Shown: positions 13,743 to 16,440 of the stretch, one piece after another
Layout: each line of letters begins with the position of its first letter
Numbering within the stretch: position 1 is the first letter of the stretch
DNA from: an uncultured Methanosarcinales archaeon
GTDB lineage: Archaea; Nanobdellota; Nanobdellia; Woesearchaeales; SM23-78
Reading direction: 5' to 3'
NCBI GenBank assembly: GCA_964426715.1
Contig: CAYRRQ010000013.1
Coordinates: forward strand, 1-16,440
Length of the DNA stretch: 16,440 bases
Position numbers and translations under genes: made by a program
The notes under the pieces: model-generated
Databases searched by the model: none
The model's input: only the letters and a program-made list of their open reading frames with translations
Told to the model about the DNA's origin: nothing

Positions 13743-14336
13743 ATGGTTTACGAACCTCAGGAAGACTCTTACCTCCTTCTCGCGCATATTAAGAAACTTG
13801 CTCGAGGCAAGGTACTGGACATGGGCGCTGGTTCTGGCATACTCGCACAAGGCGCAGCCACCAATCCAGCAGTTGAGCAGGTGTACGCAGTTGACATTGA
13901 TGAGCAGGCAGTCAGCGAGCTGATACAAAGCCAGAATAAACCAGATAAACCAAGCAAACCAGGCGAGCCAATAAGGTCAGACAGGACAGGCAACATAAAA
14001 GTTTCTTGCTCAGACCTGTTTGCCAATGTTAGTGAGAAGTTTGATACCATAATTTTTAACCCTCCATACCTGCCGAGTGAGGAAAAGGACAAGAACCCTG
14101 CCCTGGACGGAGGAGCCAAGGGCTATGAGCTGATTAAAAGGTTTCTGGAACAAGCGAAAAAATATTTAACACCAGCGGGTTTTATATTAATGGTTTTCAG
14201 CAACAGGACAGGAAAAAAAGAGGTTGATAAAGCCATAACAAAACAGGGATTTGAGTTTGAACTGCTTGAGAAAAAACAAATAGCGTTTTTTGAAGAACTA
14301 TATGTTTATAAGATTAAGAAGGGGGTAAGAGGTTAA
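13743..14336 (+). CDS. N5-glutamine / HemK-Mtq2-type SAM-dependent methyltransferase
   Basis: VYEPQEDSYLL N-terminus, SAM motif I VLDMGAGSGIL, DID, and the catalytic NPPY (IIFNPPYLP). The roughly 195-aa size is typical of archaeal Mtq2-like release-factor methyltransferases. ATG 13743 is preferred over GTG 13737. Confidence 0.8.
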   Translation: MVYEPQEDSYLLLAHIKKLARGKVLDMGAGSGILAQGAATNPAVEQVYAVDIDEQAVSELIQSQNKPDKPSKPGEPIRSDRTGNIKVSCSDLFANVSEKFDTIIFNPPYLPSEEKDKNPALDGGAKGYELIKRFLEQAKKYLTPAGFILMVFSNRTGKKEVDKAITKQGFEFELLEKKQIAFFEELYVYKIKKGVRG

Positions 14337-14427
14337 AGGTAACTAAGCAGATGTTTTTATCTGTGCACGTCGCCTGGCCTTTTACAAGATTTTGATAGCG
14401 AACGAAGAGAGCGGGCGAAAATCTGAA

Positions 14428-15012
14428 ATGAGAATATATGCAAAAGTATATGCAAAAGGAAAACGAGGCATAATATATAAGCAGGGAGATACCTGTATTA
14501 AGGAGCACAACCCAAGCGCAGCAGTCAATACCATAAGAAAAGAAGCAGACTGGCTGAAAAGGCTTAACAAGCACAGAATCGGGCCTAGGTTCATCAAATA
14601 TGAACATGGAAAGCTGCACAGACGATTTGTTAAAGGCACACACATCAAGGACTTCTTAGATGAAGAGGAGGACAAGAAAAAGATAATAAGCGTGCTGAAA
14701 CAAGTGCTGGATCAGTGCAGGAAGATGGACGAGCTCGGCATTAACAAGAAGGAGCTTACCAATCCTTGCAAGGACATAATAATAACCTGGGACAACAAGG
14801 CGGTCATGATAGATTTTGAGAGGTGCTATAAGACAAGCAAGCCCAAAAACACAACCCAGTTCCTGCAGTACATTGCAAGGAACAAAGAATTGCTGGAAAG
14901 CAGGGGACTAAGTGTTGACAAAAAAAGGCTTATAAGCCTGGGCAGGGATTACAAGACTAATCCTGGAAACATAACCTTCAGTAAAATAATAAGGTTTATA
15001 AGTAATAGCTAA
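14428..15012 (+). CDS. Small atypical RIO/Bud32-like protein kinase-fold protein (COG2112-like)
   Basis: Gly-rich loop AKGKRGIIY, a CIKE lysine, IRKEADWLKRLN (alpha-C Glu), a hinge FVKGTHIKDFL, a catalytic-loop equivalent GINKKELTNPCKDIII and MIDFERC (the DFG equivalent). The start is uncertain (TTG 14392 or ATG 14428). Confidence 0.65.
   Translation: MRIYAKVYAKGKRGIIYKQGDTCIKEHNPSAAVNTIRKEADWLKRLNKHRIGPRFIKYEHGKLHRRFVKGTHIKDFLDEEEDKKKIISVLKQVLDQCRKMDELGINKKELTNPCKDIIITWDNKAVMIDFERCYKTSKPKNTTQFLQYIARNKELLESRGLSVDKKRLISLGRDYKTNPGNITFSKIIRFISNS
14435..14458 (+). repeat. Perfect 12-bp tandem duplication TATATGCAAAAG x2 at the kinase N-terminus
   Basis: Read directly from the sequence. It encodes the YAK-V-YAK-G segment of the glycine-rich loop. 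Confidence 0.9.
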
Positions 15013-15066
15013 ATTATTACTAAATTATTAAATTCGTAGCACTACAAAGCTGACAAGGGTGAGTGA

Positions 15067-16440
15067 ATGGCTATTAATCCAAAAATCTTCAAGGCCTATG
15101 ATGCCAGGGCACTGTATCCTTCAGAGATTAATGAGGAGGCAGCCAGGGCCGTGGCCAGGGCATTCTGTTTTCTTCTAAAGCCAAAAAGGATTGTTATAGG
15201 AAGGGATGCCCGGAAATCATCAGAGTCACTTCAAAATGCAATGACTGACACCTTCACAAGCATGGGAGTAGATGTATGCGACCTCGGCGCGGTCCCCACG
15301 CCGCTTGTCTTATACGCGGTTGCCAAGAAAGGCTTTGGAGGAGGAATTATTGTGAGCGCCTCGCACAGCACCTCAGAGTACGCGGGCATCAAGCTCATAA
15401 AGCATCCTAACCTGCAGATGTGCATACCAGGGGACATGGAGAAAATAAAGCAACTGGCACTTAACCCAGTCATGAGCAATGAGTCAGAAGCTAATAAGAT
15501 ACAAGAAAAAAAAGGCAGGATAGAAAAAATCAACATCCTACAGGAATATGTTGATGAGCTATGCCAGAAATTCCAAGGCGTAAAAAACCTTAAGGTAGTT
15601 GTTGATTATGGCAATGGCATGGGCAGCATCACTGCCAGCCCGGTTTTTAAAAAGCTCCGCCTTGAAATAATTCCCATGTACCAGGAGATAGACATGAGCT
15701 TTCCCAACCACACAGCCAATCCCATGGATGTAAGCACCTTAGAAGAGATAAGAAAAAAGGTTGTTGATGAAAAAGCAGACCTGGGAGTTGCTTTTGACGG
15801 TGATGCAGACAGAGCAATATGCATTGATGACACAGGAGAAATAATTTATGCAGATATCATGATGGCGCTTTTAATACCTTTTGAACTTAAAGGCAGAAGC
15901 GAGAAAAAGGTTTATTATGATATAAGGAGTAGCAGGGCAGTGCAGGACGCAATAAAAGAGAACAATGCAAAAGGGATTATGCTAAGGGCAGGCAACCCTT
16001 TCTACAAAATTAAGTTAACAGAAGAAGGAGGTGTGTTTGGAGGGGAAGTAACAGGACACATGTTCTTTCAGGACCATTATAACATTGACGACGGCTTGTA
16101 TGTAGCTATGAAAGTGATGAATGCCATGTCTCAGGATAAGAAAAAGCTCTCAGAACACGTAAAGTCATTAATGAAATACTTTCCAAGCCATGAATTAAGA
16201 TTTAAAGTTGAAAATGCTGATGAGATTATTGAGAGAGTAAAAACCCAGTTTTTAGATGGAGAAGTTAACACTATTGACGGAGTAAGAGTTGATTACCCGG
16301 ACTGGTGGTTCAGCCTTAGAAAGAGCAACACAGAGCCGGTTCTCAAGCTGATGATAGAAGCAAACTCAAAGCAAAAGCTTGATGAAATGCAGGAAAAACT
16401 GACTGGAATGATTAAACAGTCTGGATTGATAAAAGAATAA
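15067..16440 (+). CDS. Phosphomannomutase/phosphoglucomutase (alpha-D-phosphohexomutase family)
   Basis: FKAYDAR N-terminus, phosphoserine loop SASHSTSEYAGIK, metal loop FDGDADR, sugar loop GGEVTGH and phosphate loop RKSNTEP. The ORF is complete, with its TAA stop as the last 3 nt of the window. Confidence 0.88.
   Translation: MAINPKIFKAYDARALYPSEINEEAARAVARAFCFLLKPKRIVIGRDARKSSESLQNAMTDTFTSMGVDVCDLGAVPTPLVLYAVAKKGFGGGIIVSASHSTSEYAGIKLIKHPNLQMCIPGDMEKIKQLALNPVMSNESEANKIQEKKGRIEKINILQEYVDELCQKFQGVKNLKVVVDYGNGMGSITASPVFKKLRLEIIPMYQEIDMSFPNHTANPMDVSTLEEIRKKVVDEKADLGVAFDGDADRAICIDDTGEIIYADIMMALLIPFELKGRSEKKVYYDIRSSRAVQDAIKENNAKGIMLRAGNPFYKIKLTEEGGVFGGEVTGHMFFQDHYNIDDGLYVAMKVMNAMSQDKKKLSEHVKSLMKYFPSHELRFKVENADEIIERVKTQFLDGEVNTIDGVRVDYPDWWFSLRKSNTEPVLKLMIEANSKQKLDEMQEKLTGMIKQSGLIKE

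Noticed and set aside
14428-15012. Calling the kinase-fold protein KEOPS Bud32
   Set aside because: It lacks the Bud32 YRxxxLDxxLRxxRT segment and the HGDLTTSN loop, and there is no Kae1 nearby. A generic small RIO/Bud32-like (COG2112-like) label is safer.
1-16440. tRNA, rRNA, transposase/IS ends, integrase, toxin-antitoxin or defence genes
   Set aside because: A scan of the intergenic regions and all track ORFs found no cloverleaf-capable GC-rich 70-90-nt segment, no terminal inverted repeats flanking an ORF, and no recognisable motifs of these classes.

Overview
Moderately AT-rich, gene-dense archaeal chromosomal segment. The archaeal assignment rests on the archaea/eukaryote-only ribosomal proteins L15e, L31e, L39e and S19e, intron-free packing, TATA-type promoters and SD-led genes. 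The overall style (K/E-rich tails, pilin-like surface proteins, bacterial-type genes) suggests a DPANN-like lineage, but that is inference. Most genes are housekeeping: DUF655, an rps19e-rpl39e-rpl31e operon, rpl15e, tpiA, trxB-trxA, ileS, an N5-glutamine methyltransferase, a small atypical kinase and a phosphohexomutase. Five things deserve a second look. (1) The 600-bp apparently empty gap at 3250-3860 holds a roughly 390-nt structured RNA with RNase P RNA-like motif order and unusual AU-rich hairpin modules. (2) A four-gene surface cassette (3863-6050) has two pilin-like proteins flanking a 2-TM miniprotein and a Cys-rich lipobox protein. (3) A fully motif-intact bacterial-type Lgt lies 1.5 kb downstream of that lipobox protein. 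(4) A small HPF/RaiA-like ORF sits among the ribosomal protein genes. (5) Strand-asymmetric polypurine spacers carry a recurring RGTAA motif. No CRISPR array, tRNA, rRNA or mobile element was seen. All homology calls are by-eye motif recognition, with no searches run.
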